64,000 nt of DNA, from IMG/VR virus record IMGVR_UViG_3300035180_001680. One strand, written 5' to 3'. Under the pieces are notes generated by a model that was not told the DNA's origin, made no database searches, and saw nothing but the letters and a program-made list of their open reading frames with translations. This document shows, one piece after another, positions 1 to 10,139 of the stretch. A program made the translations under genes and the position numbers. This DNA comes from a virus. Its lineage: Duplodnaviria; Caudoviricetes. Positions within the stretch are counted from its first letter, which is position 1, and every line of letters begins with the position of its first letter.

Positions 1-287
1 GAAGCCCCATCGTCCACATATACCGTAAATTGTAAGTTTGAGTTGTTTAAATTATGATTAATAGACCATGAAGAAGAAGGTGTTGTTACGGTCCCCACAA
101 ATCCAGTAGTGTTTCCTGAAACGACTTGATTCCAGTTTGTTCCGTCGTGGAAATATAATCCAGCACCGCTTCCAGTCTTGAAAAATAATTCCCCAACATT
201 TGGTGTTCCAGGGAAAGCTGAATTGTGGTCAATCGTTAAATTGACAACGTCCGACCCTTCAGCAATTTCAATACCATAATGTTTCAT
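1..287 (-). CDS. Virion structural/tail-associated protein (partial, runs off window start)
   Basis: ORF MKHYGIEIAEGSDVVNLTIDHNSAFPGTPNVGELFFKTG... read by hand; ATAAATA late-promoter motif upstream. Confidence 0.6.
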   Translation of the reverse strand, partial: MKHYGIEIAEGSDVVNLTIDHNSAFPGTPNVGELFFKTGSGAGLYFHDGTNWNQVVSGNTTGFVGTVTTPSSSWSINHNLNNSNLQFTVYVDDGA

Positions 288-361
288 ATAATAACCCCAA
301 TATTAAAGTTATTTATGAAAATAGTGAAATCCCCGAAGGGATTTCACTATTTTGTGAAACA

Positions 362-571
362 TCAATACAATTTTTTGATTAACTGGTGTTTTTGGAGTTC
401 ACGAAGTTGTCTGCTTACCGCCGCCGCTTTTTTTCGTTTACGTTCAACTGTTGGTTTTTCATAAGATTCTCTCGCTCGAAGTTCTTTGAGTAAACCAGAT
501 TGATCTACAACTCTCTTAAAACGTTGAATGGCGCGATCGATGTTTTCATTTTCTTTTACATAAACTTTCAT
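362..571 (-). CDS. rpsU: 30S ribosomal protein bS21
   Basis: RAIQRFKR...[24 protein letters not shown] is the bS21 signature. Confidence 0.95.
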   Translation of the reverse strand: MKVYVKENENIDRAIQRFKRVVDQSGLLKELRARESYEKPTVERKRKKAAAVSRQLRELQKHQLIKKLY

Positions 572-593
572 ACTGTTTCCTTTTTATTAGTTG

Positions 594-1169
594 TTAAACT
601 TCTTTTTCGAATGGAAATACCACCCATCCAAAATCTTTGGGGATTATGTGTCCTACATAATCTGGGGCGAATACTGCTGATTCTTTATGATACAAAGCAG
701 CTGTAGTAACTTCAAATTTTTGTGACTTTAAAATATCAACGATTTCTTTAAACGTGTGTCCACTATCAACAATATCATCAACCAGAAGAACTTTTGTTGG
801 TTTGAGATTATATTTATTGTGTAATATCCATTTTGGTATATTATTTAATGACTGTTTTCCACCTTGTCCTTTTTTTGATGAGTATTCCAGTGGTTTAAAT
901 GGGATACCAAATTGATGAGAAATTATAACACCTGGAAGTAGTCCTCCTCTTGATAACCCAACAATCAAATCAAAATTCGTTTTTTGTGTTTGAATATCAT
1001 CCCATATTTTAATACTTAATGCGTGAATGTAATCATATGTTGGATGAGATAGAATTAAAGGTACATTTTCATTCTGTTTTCTTTTGTGATATGCCAATGC
1101 ACCTTCATACTTACCATCATTAACCAAAGTACAGTTCCCAGGTTTTTTATCTTGATATATTTTTTCCAT
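594..1169 (-). CDS. Type I phosphoribosyltransferase (Gpt/Hpt-like)
   Basis: IVGLSRGGLLPG and PRPP-binding VLLVDDIVDSGHT motifs. Confidence 0.9.
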   Translation of the reverse strand: MEKIYQDKKPGNCTLVNDGKYEGALAYHKRKQNENVPLILSHPTYDYIHALSIKIWDDIQTQKTNFDLIVGLSRGGLLPGVIISHQFGIPFKPLEYSSKKGQGGKQSLNNIPKWILHNKYNLKPTKVLLVDDIVDSGHTFKEIVDILKSQKFEVTTAALYHKESAVFAPDYVGHIIPKDFGWVVFPFEKEV

Positions 1170-1172
1170 ATG

Positions 1173-1787
1173 TTAATCTTCCAAAAATGATCTACATAGT
1201 GTTTTTGCTGTTCTCACTACAGCCAGTGAAGCTTTTGCATCTTCAAGAGCGTTGTGTGCTGCTCTTTGAACACCTACAAGTTCAAACACGTCATCAGAAT
1301 TAAAACAATCAAATACTGTCCATCCCACTGTACTGGTATCAATAAACCTGTTTCCACTTGTAAATTCAAGATCAAATTTTCGGAATAGTTGACGCATAAA
1401 CCAAATATCAAATGTAGCTACATTATGCCCCAAACATCTAACAGATCGCTGAGAACTGAATTCGGATTTGGGGTCCCAATATTTATAAACGAAATTTGCA
1501 ATTTGAACAAGTGCATCTTCTTCAGATAGTCCGAAAGTATCTAAATGTTGTTTCGTTAAACCGTGAATGGCTTCCGCCGTTTTGTTCCACTTTGATTCAC
1601 CATTCCACTTGATTTCAACATAGAGTTCGTCAATTTGTTTCAGCGTGGAAGCATCTGCTACTACCAATCCCCAAGACACAGCTTGATAGCCTATTGACGG
1701 GTCATCGCTATTAACAGCTAACCCACTTGTTTCACAGTCCATTGCAAGAACTTTTCCAAAATATCCTTTTGTTGATGCGTTACTCAT
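1173..1787 (-). CDS. DEDDh 3'-5' exonuclease (DnaQ/RNase T-like)
   Basis: ExoI DCETSG, ExoII GHNVATFD, ExoIII HNALEDA. Confidence 0.9.
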   Translation of the reverse strand: MSNASTKGYFGKVLAMDCETSGLAVNSDDPSIGYQAVSWGLVVADASTLKQIDELYVEIKWNGESKWNKTAEAIHGLTKQHLDTFGLSEEDALVQIANFVYKYWDPKSEFSSQRSVRCLGHNVATFDIWFMRQLFRKFDLEFTSGNRFIDTSTVGWTVFDCFNSDDVFELVGVQRAAHNALEDAKASLAVVRTAKTLCRSFLED

Positions 1788-1805
1788 TCCTTGTGTCCTT
1801 TATAA

Positions 1806-2966
1806 TTATACACCTATGTGTGGAGTATATATTTCTCCACCAATTTTTACATTAATTTGATGAATTTCTTCTACACTTAAGTCCATTGATTCACTGTGAT
1901 CCCAATAATTTTGGACACCTCGTGATATAACAACCAGTTTAGTTTTTTCAACATTCGTGGTGTTTATTGATACTAATTGAAATCTGGCTCCTGTATACCC
2001 AAATGCTGGTTTGATAGCGTAATATTGCCTTGTGATAAAAATAGGAATACGGAATTTTTCATAAAATTCTTGAACGCGTTCCTTTCCAACGGGTTGGAAT
2101 ATAACTTCTATATTATTTCGCTTAACTGGTTTATCCGTGATAAAATACACAAGTGTATAACGATCTTTTTCAATAAAAAGGTTTAATTCTTTTAAGGGAG
2201 GCTGCTTTGGTGTTTGGATTTTTGTAATAATTTCTGAAACGCTTAAATCAGAATAAAATTCAAAAACCGGATCACCCTTTTTAATGTTATTATAGTTCCA
2301 TACGTTAGTTGGGTCAACGATTCGTTTTATACAGAACTTTCGTTTTACGTTACACAAATCTGTGGTGGACATACGGCCTGATTTCTCGTCTGTGGAAACC
2401 AAATTATATGCACCGACGTATTCACATTCTAATCCACTGTGAAGTAAAATAATATCACCGATGTTAATATCTTTAATTGGGACTCGCGTCTTAACACGTT
2501 TTGTGTTCACTATAGCTTGTTCGTATGGTTCTGAATTAATTGGAAGTAAAACATTTTGAGCTTTATCTCTACCCCAAACACACTCCATCTTGATTTCACC
2601 GTTTTCTATGGTCGTGCAGTCAATAATTTTTGCAAAGTTTGACGAAGAAATTTCTAATTCGAATCCACGAGGGTCGACGATTCTCCAAACAACATTTCCT
2701 CCACCCCAATAAACACGGCGAACACTTTCTGCAATCTTAAAACCTGCTACAGGTGTGTTGTTAATAATAACGGGGTTTATAGAATCAGGTGTGGTTCCCC
2801 GGGTATTGAAGTTTGCCCACCTGTCAACAGTCTCTTTTCTTTTTTCGTATGCTTTCGTTCCTGGTTCGTGTGGAGTAGCAAATCCAAGAGGCAAAGACGA
2901 TTCGGCTTTATGTTGTTGTTTTAAACCTACATAAAATTGGTCGGGAATTTTAATTGAGATGCTCAT
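1806..2966 (-). CDS. Hypothetical phage protein
   Basis: 386-aa ORF in the co-oriented gene run. Confidence 0.6.
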   Translation of the reverse strand: MSISIKIPDQFYVGLKQQHKAESSLPLGFATPHEPGTKAYEKRKETVDRWANFNTRGTTPDSINPVIINNTPVAGFKIAESVRRVYWGGGNVVWRIVDPRGFELEISSSNFAKIIDCTTIENGEIKMECVWGRDKAQNVLLPINSEPYEQAIVNTKRVKTRVPIKDINIGDIILLHSGLECEYVGAYNLVSTDEKSGRMSTTDLCNVKRKFCIKRIVDPTNVWNYNNIKKGDPVFEFYSDLSVSEIITKIQTPKQPPLKELNLFIEKDRYTLVYFITDKPVKRNNIEVIFQPVGKERVQEFYEKFRIPIFITRQYYAIKPAFGYTGARFQLVSINTTNVEKTKLVVISRGVQNYWDHSESMDLSVEEIHQINVKIGGEIYTPHIGV

Positions 2967-3029
2967 TTAATATCATTCAGATGTCAGTATATTTTATATA
3001 TTACACTATATGTTTGTTGAAATCAACGC

Positions 3030-3305
3030 TCATTCATCTTCATCAACAATTCCAATGTGTTTTCGTCGAATAATTGCTCTTAAAGCGACTCCAAACGTGA
3101 AGCCTTTCATGAATTCTTCTTGTCTGTTTTGATCTTCATCAGGACAAGCTTCTGGGGGATTCGGCTTTTTGTTCGCTTCTCGGAATGCCGAATTGAACCC
3201 ATCTATATAATAATCAGAAGCTTTTGATAACAACTGTTGAAGTTCATCATGAAGTTGAGTTGCAATGAGAAAAATTTCCGTTTGGGAGGCTGTTGAATAT
3301 TTCAT
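3030..3305 (-). CDS. Hypothetical protein
   Basis: ORF tightly packed in operon. Confidence 0.5.
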   Translation of the reverse strand: MKYSTASQTEIFLIATQLHDELQQLLSKASDYYIDGFNSAFREANKKPNPPEACPDEDQNRQEEFMKGFTFGVALRAIIRRKHIGIVDEDE

Positions 3306-3307
3306 AT

Positions 3308-3823
3308 TTATTTGTGGTATTTCTGTTCCATGGTTTTTGGAGTTCCGTCTTCGTTGAAACCGTAATCTCCATTATATTGAGATAATGCTTCTGCTTCCCA
3401 TAATAACATTTGACCTACTCTTGTTCCCGGTTTGATTTTCATTGGTCCACCATGAACATGTAAACATCCAGCCATTGAACCATTGTACCCACTATCATAA
3501 TTTCCTGATGTAATGAATACACCATTACGGTTTAGTGTTGATCGTGTAATAACAAAACCGGCTTCTGTTTCACCCATTTTGATAATATGATTGGTTGTAA
3601 TTTCGTAAGTTCCAGGTTCAAGAAACCAATAACCTTCTTCATCCAACGCTACTTCTTCTGTCTCACGATGTATTTTTGATTCTTCGTCAATTACGAATAA
3701 CGTCGGCTTGATTCGGCGAACTGTTTTTAATCGAAGATCAACAGCGTTTTGTTGAATACAATCTGCGTCTAAATTTGTTAATTCCGTTTTACTTTTTGAT
3801 GATGCAGCATGAACCATACTCAT
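3308..3823 (-). CDS. dCTP deaminase/dUTPase family protein
   Basis: VDLRL, RSTLNRNG, DSGYNG, GTRVGQ motifs of the trimeric dUTPase/Dcd fold. Confidence 0.85.
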   Translation of the reverse strand: MSMVHAASSKSKTELTNLDADCIQQNAVDLRLKTVRRIKPTLFVIDEESKIHRETEEVALDEEGYWFLEPGTYEITTNHIIKMGETEAGFVITRSTLNRNGVFITSGNYDSGYNGSMAGCLHVHGGPMKIKPGTRVGQMLLWEAEALSQYNGDYGFNEDGTPKTMEQKYHK

Positions 3824-3874
3824 AACTTAACTCCTTTTTATTATTGTTATTATACTTCTGTAAACCTTTTCTTA

Positions 3875-4039
3875 TTATTCTCGAATCCAGGTCATAAGTG
3901 TCCACATACTTATAGATCCAAGAAAGACCCCTAAAGCATACACAACTGACGTTTCTGTATTTAACGGCCCACCATACAACCCAAAGAACCCCACACTCCC
4001 GAATACCAAAGAAACACCAAGTGCAGTTAAACCACACAT
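3875..4039 (-). CDS. Small two-TM membrane protein
   Basis: Two hydrophobic stretches; start position uncertain. Confidence 0.4.
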   Translation of the reverse strand: MCGLTALGVSLVFGSVGFFGLYGGPLNTETSVVYALGVFLGSISMWTLMTWIRE

Positions 4040-4040
4040 A

Positions 4041-4895
4041 TCATTCTTGTGCATACCAAACTCCACTGTCTTGCACTGTATCAAATAAACCAATAGTCAT
4101 TTTTACATTATGTTCAATTCTTTTTAAAGTTTCTTTGTCTTTTGTTAAAGGATAATCAAATTTAACAGGCATCTTTAACTTCTTTGTTGCCATATAACTA
4201 TCGGAATTTGTTGTATATTCATGACCGAGAATTGCAGCCCACACAGGTCCAGACGAATCAATCGTATCTAATGCTTGCATTCTCATTAGTGTGGGAATTT
4301 CCAATGCTGGTCCAGAATTTAATCCAAGATAATGGTGGTGTTTGTTGAAATTAAACAACCCTCTGTCAATCAACATTTGAGTCATTACGACTCTTGAGTA
4401 AGATGGGTCACACCAAGGAATAGCGTTTGGAACACCAAGAATAGACATTCCAATAATGTCAACATCGGAATTGTTAGCAGCCCAATCATATGAGGCGATC
4501 CAATCCGCCGTATCTCCGGTTACAGATTGTGGAACGAAGAAAGTTCCAAATCCAGCATCTTTGAATAATGGAATAAATTCTCTTGCAGCATCAATCGTTT
4601 TCGAAGAATGTTGAAAAGGATAATCTGGAAGAACTATAACATCAGCCCCACACTCGTGTCCCAATTCAATTAATTTTTCAGGTGAATATGGTTCTTTGAG
4701 TTCATAGGCTGAGTTGTCCATGATAATTAAGTCGTCTGATTCACTGAAATTTTTGTAGATTGATGCATACGTTTTGTCTTTTTCTACGAGATGAGCTAAC
4801 ACCAAATGTGTAGATGACAAAGCTGACATTTCAATATAATTAGTTGGAGCTATAAAACAGAATGATGGGGTGTAATCTTTTAATTGTTTTTTCAT
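4041..4895 (-). CDS. TGT-fold base-exchange enzyme (DpdA-like)
   Basis: IMDNSAYE, ADVIVLPD, HHYLG, TIDSS resemble TGT/DpdA motifs; adjacent to a QueD-like gene. Confidence 0.6.
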   Translation of the reverse strand: MKKQLKDYTPSFCFIAPTNYIEMSALSSTHLVLAHLVEKDKTYASIYKNFSESDDLIIMDNSAYELKEPYSPEKLIELGHECGADVIVLPDYPFQHSSKTIDAAREFIPLFKDAGFGTFFVPQSVTGDTADWIASYDWAANNSDVDIIGMSILGVPNAIPWCDPSYSRVVMTQMLIDRGLFNFNKHHHYLGLNSGPALEIPTLMRMQALDTIDSSGPVWAAILGHEYTTNSDSYMATKKLKMPVKFDYPLTKDKETLKRIEHNVKMTIGLFDTVQDSGVWYAQE

Positions 4896-4904
4896 GTATA
4901 ATCC

Positions 4905-5309
4905 TTATATGGAGTCTCGAACGTATTTAATAATTGCCCCATTTTCGTTATCTTCACTTACATTAACATGCACGGTTCGATCAAATCCGTACTCATTTTG
5001 AATGTGTTTTAGTAATTCGTGGGCGAGCATCTCACAACTTTTATAATCCAAATCAAGTGTTTTCTGGTCATAAAGTCTTTCAATCCAACGTTTAAATTGG
5101 ATAAATTCGATATCCCTGTCTGCGTGGTAAACTTCTATGGTTACTTCAATATGGAAAATGTGCCTATGTAAGTGTCCTAAAAAACTTACATCTTTCCAAG
5201 CATTCTCGGGGTCATCCTTTGTGTTGAGTAAAGGATCTGTTAACGCTGCTGGATAACAGTGTATTCCTTCTTTTTGAGTTTTTACATAGATGAATGATTT
5301 TATTCCCAT
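4905..5309 (-). CDS. QueD-like T-fold protein (6-carboxytetrahydropterin synthase-like)
   Basis: EGIHCYP...HLHRHIFH...DIEFIQFKR...SCEM...VSEDNENGA. Confidence 0.75.
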   Translation of the reverse strand: MGIKSFIYVKTQKEGIHCYPAALTDPLLNTKDDPENAWKDVSFLGHLHRHIFHIEVTIEVYHADRDIEFIQFKRWIERLYDQKTLDLDYKSCEMLAHELLKHIQNEYGFDRTVHVNVSEDNENGAIIKYVRDSI

Positions 5310-5364
5310 ATAATATCCTTTACATTTTAGATAGTATATGGGATTTTGAATAAAAATTCAACTA

Positions 5365-5859
5365 TTAATTTGTTGATAAGGAAAGACTGGTTTCGACGGG
5401 AATAAGAGAACCAACTGGAATATTTTCTGTAGATGTAACTGTATTTAATTTCCCATGTGAACGAACTGTTAGCACATAACCAATAATAACTGTATCTCCA
5501 GGAATCATGTTACAATGAACAACTGGTTGGGGTGAGTAAGGAGTTTGTGGACTTGCCAGTTCTTGCCCAGTGACTGTTCCAACGGCAGCACCAACACCCG
5601 TTGCAATCAATTTTCCACTACCTCCACCAATTGAGTGTCCAATAACACCACCAGCAATTGCTCCAAGAACTGCTCCAATATTTGAATTTTGTTGGATGTA
5701 TTGTTGTGGTGCTTTTCCTGTTTGATAATCATTGACGCATACTTGTCTCATACCTGTAGTTCCAAATTGAGGTTTTGAGGCGAGAACGTGAACGTATTCT
5801 GTTTCCGCATAACACAAACTACTCGACAGTAACAACACGCTTAATAGAATACTTTTCAT
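5365..5859 (-). CDS. Secreted glycine-zipper 2TM protein
   Basis: Signal peptide plus GAVLGAIAGGVIGHSIGGGSGK. Confidence 0.8.
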   Translation of the reverse strand: MKSILLSVLLLSSSLCYAETEYVHVLASKPQFGTTGMRQVCVNDYQTGKAPQQYIQQNSNIGAVLGAIAGGVIGHSIGGGSGKLIATGVGAAVGTVTGQELASPQTPYSPQPVVHCNMIPGDTVIIGYVLTVRSHGKLNTVTSTENIPVGSLIPVETSLSLSTN

Positions 5860-5930
5860 TTTTCAATCTCCTAATAGAAAATGGGGTTAATAACCCCATT
5901 ATCCCACTTTACCTTAAAAAGTCAACCGAA

Positions 5931-6917
5931 TTATAAGTCCAGATATTGCTTTAACGTCTCAACTCGCGAGGAAGATTCGTTTTCAAGTTCCGCCCAGCGT
6001 AGTATTCTTTTAATACCAGTTGCTTTATCTCTAAATTTCACCAAATGTGAACTTGTTAAGTCGTTGAACAATTTAACAAGTTCACCATTGGTTAAATTAT
6101 TCAGTTTGTTTTCAATTTGTTTAATATCTCTACGGTCTCCAGATTGTTTAGTTGGATACACACTTTTTTCAAAAACATCTTGTTTGTGGGCTGTTACAGA
6201 ATCAACTTCTCCATAAACTTCATATTTCCAACAACGTCCTTTAGTGTTGTTGTAGTCCCTCGGAATAGATACGACATCTGCTGGGTTGATTTTAACTAAA
6301 ACAACTCTTGTATAATTAGGATTACCACCGTAATTTTCGAGGTATGATTGAGAACAGAAGTGTAATCCTTTTGAGCAGGTATTATTTCGATTGTCGTCAA
6401 CTTGGTCCCTTGACATCTCACATATACTTCCTACAGAATTGTCAAAAGTTCCAGAGTATATATCTTTATAATCTAATCCAACTTTTTTGTAAGCAAGAAA
6501 ACAACCATCTTCAGTAATTGGCATATTTCCAGATTCCAAAAAATCATATAATTCATTAACGGCCGTTGAACTTGGATTTTGTAATAAATTTGCTAAAAAC
6601 TCCACCATTGGTTTAACATCAAAACCATCTTTCCACATTTTAAAAATTCGGGAAGTGAGTGTATTGTGAATCGTTTTACCACCATACGTAACGACTTCAT
6701 AGTCAAAATCTATGTAAAGTAAATTATTTTGTTGTTGGTTCATTTGTTTGTCAAACCAAGTTTTAATATTAAGAAGTGATTCAATGTTTTCCCAATCTTG
6801 GTTGCGAATAGCGTTATAGACTTCAGTGAAATTCCGGTGAGTCTGGTCAATTGTGTACGCTTTTGAATCAATCGTAATTGATATAAACGTGTCTGTCATA
6901 ATATAAGGGTAAGCCAT
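5931..6917 (-). CDS. rIIB: rIIB-like protein
   Basis: PITEDGCFLAYKKV, TCSKGLHFCS, VKINPADVVSIP; directly downstream of rIIA. Confidence 0.9.
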   Translation of the reverse strand: MAYPYIMTDTFISITIDSKAYTIDQTHRNFTEVYNAIRNQDWENIESLLNIKTWFDKQMNQQQNNLLYIDFDYEVVTYGGKTIHNTLTSRIFKMWKDGFDVKPMVEFLANLLQNPSSTAVNELYDFLESGNMPITEDGCFLAYKKVGLDYKDIYSGTFDNSVGSICEMSRDQVDDNRNNTCSKGLHFCSQSYLENYGGNPNYTRVVLVKINPADVVSIPRDYNNTKGRCWKYEVYGEVDSVTAHKQDVFEKSVYPTKQSGDRRDIKQIENKLNNLTNGELVKLFNDLTSSHLVKFRDKATGIKRILRWAELENESSSRVETLKQYLDL

Positions 6918-6919
6918 TT

Positions 6920-9064
6920 TTAATCTCCGTTAATAAATTGTATGAAATCATTATCAAAATTCTCATTTATCATTTGTTCAAAATCTAAATATTTTAATAT
7001 TGGGTATTTAATGATAATATTATCCCATAATTTTTGGTAAAAGTCTACTTTGGATTTTCCCACTTTATAAATATTTTCCTTTGAATCAGTTTTTGCTTGA
7101 ACTGTATTTCCCAACCGGCTCCAATAAGATATTGTATCATAGTTATATTGATGTTCTTGTGATAAAGATGTAAAGAATTCTTTTACATTTTCATCCTTTA
7201 TATCCACTGAAAACTGTTTGAAAGATTTTTGTTTTTCGACAAGACCAAGTCTTAAAAAGAGTTTGAGTAGGGGAAGTGACTGTGCCCTGAGTTGATCATA
7301 CACCATCTTGGTGTATATCATTTTTTTAGCACTTGGATCTTCACAAGATCGTTGGGCTAATTCGACTAAATTGACCCAATGTTTTTCTTTCTTGAGTTGT
7401 TTCAAAACTCTTGGCCCTACACCATAGACTGTTATGTTTGGTTTAATGAGGTTAAGGCGTGACATTAATTGCACTAGGTCATCAATGTTAGCTGTTGAAC
7501 CAGAATCTTTGATTGCAACACCAAACCTATCTAGTTCAACATAATACCCACCATCCTTTATATCAACAGAAACAGAATTCCACATGTCCCGTTTGGTAAC
7601 CCGCATTCTGCCATTCCGTTGATAACAATTTATCGTTCCTGGCTGATTAACAACTCTAACCTTCGTCGTTTGTGTGACAACGGGGAGCGGCAACTCATCA
7701 ACGTTTTTTATTGGAGGGTTTCCTAGTAAATCAATTAATTCATCATATGCTCGTTTTGCCTCGTCTGAATTCGAATCCAGAGAAATTAGATACAGTTCTC
7801 CTGGTTGTTTCTTTGCGTGTTCTTTAATTCGAATTCCCGCACCCTTTGAACTATTATTAAGAAAAAAGTGAGAATTGGAATATTCTCCGCGTACTTCATT
7901 TGATAAATATTTTCCAGTTCGGTGTCCTCGTCGGTTTGCAAACACTTTTATTGTAATATGTGTCGTTATAGTTAAAGATTGTTTAAAATTAAACTGAACA
8001 TCTAATGCTTTACCATTTTTCCATTTTAAGTTGTGGGGGAGAATGCTTCCAAACGAACGGAAAAGTGCAGTGAACTGTTTGCAGGCTTCCCAAAAGGTGG
8101 GTAGAGCGTCTAAATCTTTAACCATTTTGTCGACAATTTCATTTTGAGTTGAAACGAGAGTCTTTTTTAATTGTTCGCACGTGTAAGCATCATAAGAAAG
8201 TGCTTCACGTGACAATGCAACGTCTAGATTTCCACGTTCATTGTTATCATCAAACATATCAAAATAAAAATCTATTGGAGAATTTATCAGTGAGCTAACA
8301 CAGTCTGGAATATCTTGTTTGTATACTGAATTAAAATTAACTGGGTAAAAAACCCCACCTTGAATTACTCGTGGACCTCCAAATCGTTTTGTTCTCAATC
8401 CCCAGTTTGTTCCTCTTATAAGATATTCATGACTGTCGAACGCAACTCGTTCAGGTGCAAGTCCCTTTATGTTTGGTAAAGGAGTAAAATATTGTAATAC
8501 AGAAAAAACCTTGAGTTGAAATACATTAAAATCGTATTGTTTAATTGGAACGATTACTTCCAAACCAGAAGGTTCGTCGTTCGGTTCTTCGTTTATTAGA
8601 GCAAGAACCGGGATTCCTTCTTCGCCAATATAAGCAGTGTATGTTCGTTTAAATTGTTCGATTCGGGACACGATTGTAAAATTATCTGTATACGCAAACG
8701 GACTCTTCGCACCAACCCCAAAAGCTCCAATTTCTCTGTTGGATGAATTTTTAGTACTCTCCGAATATGTAGTATAGATGTCAAACATTTCCGTGTGAGT
8801 TAAACCTTTTCCATAATCACGAACAGAGAAGTGAGGATACATTTCATTCGGAACATGAATGTCAAAAGGAATATTTTCTTTTCCTGCTACTGTATGAGCA
8901 TCTTTTGCGTTACTTGCAAGCTCTCGTATTACAGCTCCTGTTTTATCGGCATATATTTTATCTGATAAAAGGTTAAACATTTTAGCGTCAGCTTTAATAG
9001 TAAAAGCTTTTTCAGTAAAATTGCCGCCACGTTCAACAGTTTTCTGAATTACTTCCTGTTTCAT
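6920..9064 (-). CDS. rIIA: rIIA-like protein (GHKL/Hsp90-type ATPase N-terminus)
   Basis: IRELASNAKDAH, VRDYGKGL, IGAFGVGAKSPFAYTD. Confidence 0.9.
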   Translation of the reverse strand: MKQEVIQKTVERGGNFTEKAFTIKADAKMFNLLSDKIYADKTGAVIRELASNAKDAHTVAGKENIPFDIHVPNEMYPHFSVRDYGKGLTHTEMFDIYTTYSESTKNSSNREIGAFGVGAKSPFAYTDNFTIVSRIEQFKRTYTAYIGEEGIPVLALINEEPNDEPSGLEVIVPIKQYDFNVFQLKVFSVLQYFTPLPNIKGLAPERVAFDSHEYLIRGTNWGLRTKRFGGPRVIQGGVFYPVNFNSVYKQDIPDCVSSLINSPIDFYFDMFDDNNERGNLDVALSREALSYDAYTCEQLKKTLVSTQNEIVDKMVKDLDALPTFWEACKQFTALFRSFGSILPHNLKWKNGKALDVQFNFKQSLTITTHITIKVFANRRGHRTGKYLSNEVRGEYSNSHFFLNNSSKGAGIRIKEHAKKQPGELYLISLDSNSDEAKRAYDELIDLLGNPPIKNVDELPLPVVTQTTKVRVVNQPGTINCYQRNGRMRVTKRDMWNSVSVDIKDGGYYVELDRFGVAIKDSGSTANIDDLVQLMSRLNLIKPNITVYGVGPRVLKQLKKEKHWVNLVELAQRSCEDPSAKKMIYTKMVYDQLRAQSLPLLKLFLRLGLVEKQKSFKQFSVDIKDENVKEFFTSLSQEHQYNYDTISYWSRLGNTVQAKTDSKENIYKVGKSKVDFYQKLWDNIIIKYPILKYLDFEQMINENFDNDFIQFINGD

Positions 9065-9227
9065 TTATTCTCCAATTCTTTAAGTTCTTTATCTTTCAAC
9101 CTTTTGTAGTCAACCTTTTATAGTCAAGCACAACATCTATAGGTAAAGCGTAATATCGTTCTTTGTAGATAATACAACCCCTACCCATTCTCGTTTTTTT
9201 TCGTAATAAAGTCAACTTTTATGTCGT

Positions 9228-9641
9228 TCACACCATTCTCCCAAAAGTAATATGCATATTGTTAATTGGTTTGAATCCAAGTTCTTTTCTATAGTCGTTT
9301 AATTTTTTGCTACGAACAGGAAGTGCGAAGAATTTCCAATGTTGTTCAAATTCAACATTGTATTCGAACGTGATGATTTCACCAGCATGAGCTTTCCACG
9401 TGTTTCGAAATTCAGGCTTAACTGGATACCGTCCATCAAGAACTGTGACATGAGCTTTCCACGCTGGAAGTTGAAGTCGAAGCCCCCACATTCTTTCAAC
9501 CCACCAATTGTAATAATTTGCAATACGGGGGTCCGTTTCGACGATTAACCACCAATCATCGTTTTGGCGAGTTTTCCGAAGTTCTGGACGTTTTGGTTCA
9601 TATACAAGTTTCCCTGTTGCTTTAACCCAATTAGTCGTCAT
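9228..9641 (-). CDS. 2H phosphoesterase family protein
   Basis: Two HxT motifs (AHVTV, MHITF) about 65 aa apart. Confidence 0.7.
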   Translation of the reverse strand: MTTNWVKATGKLVYEPKRPELRKTRQNDDWWLIVETDPRIANYYNWWVERMWGLRLQLPAWKAHVTVLDGRYPVKPEFRNTWKAHAGEIITFEYNVEFEQHWKFFALPVRSKKLNDYRKELGFKPINNMHITFGRMV

Positions 9642-9704
9642 GATGTAAACCCCAAATTTTATATCAAATATAATTATACATCATGAAGACATAAGGGTCA
9701 ACAA

Positions 9705-9917
9705 CTACATTACTAGTTTTTTTGGAAACTTCTTTTTTCGTAATTTTTCCACGACCGCCCAACATGTAATAGCTTGTTCTTCACTTACAGTTACATCATC
9801 AGGCCACAGACCAAATTCATCCATCGCATATAACGCTTCGGAGAGATCACCGACTAACTCGGGGTCATCTTGTTCAAAAAACTTTGATACTTGTTCTCGG
9901 TGTTCTTCATATTCCAT
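9705..9917 (-). CDS. Hypothetical protein
   Basis: Acidic small ORF in operon. Confidence 0.45.
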   Translation of the reverse strand: MEYEEHREQVSKFFEQDDPELVGDLSEALYAMDEFGLWPDDVTVSEEQAITCWAVVEKLRKKKFPKKLVM

Positions 9918-9918
9918 T

Positions 9919-10095
9919 TTATTTCCCTTCATCTAAATCAATACCGTCGTCAATTGAAACAGGTATTTGATATCTGTGGTAACAGATTGGACATTTAATG
10001 ATAACATTAATAGATTGTTCATCTGTTGTATACGTATTAACTGTTAAGTTATTGTTCCTAAAAACAAACGCAGCTCCACAATTAGGACATTTCAT
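9919..10095 (-). CDS. Small zinc-ribbon protein
   Basis: MKCPNCG...KCPICYH, 58 aa, read by hand. Confidence 0.55.
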   Translation of the reverse strand: MKCPNCGAAFVFRNNNLTVNTYTTDEQSINVIIKCPICYHRYQIPVSIDDGIDLDEGK

Positions 10096-10139
10096 TTTAT
10101 TCGGTTAATACTAAATTTGTGTTTTTTTCATTATTCTTC

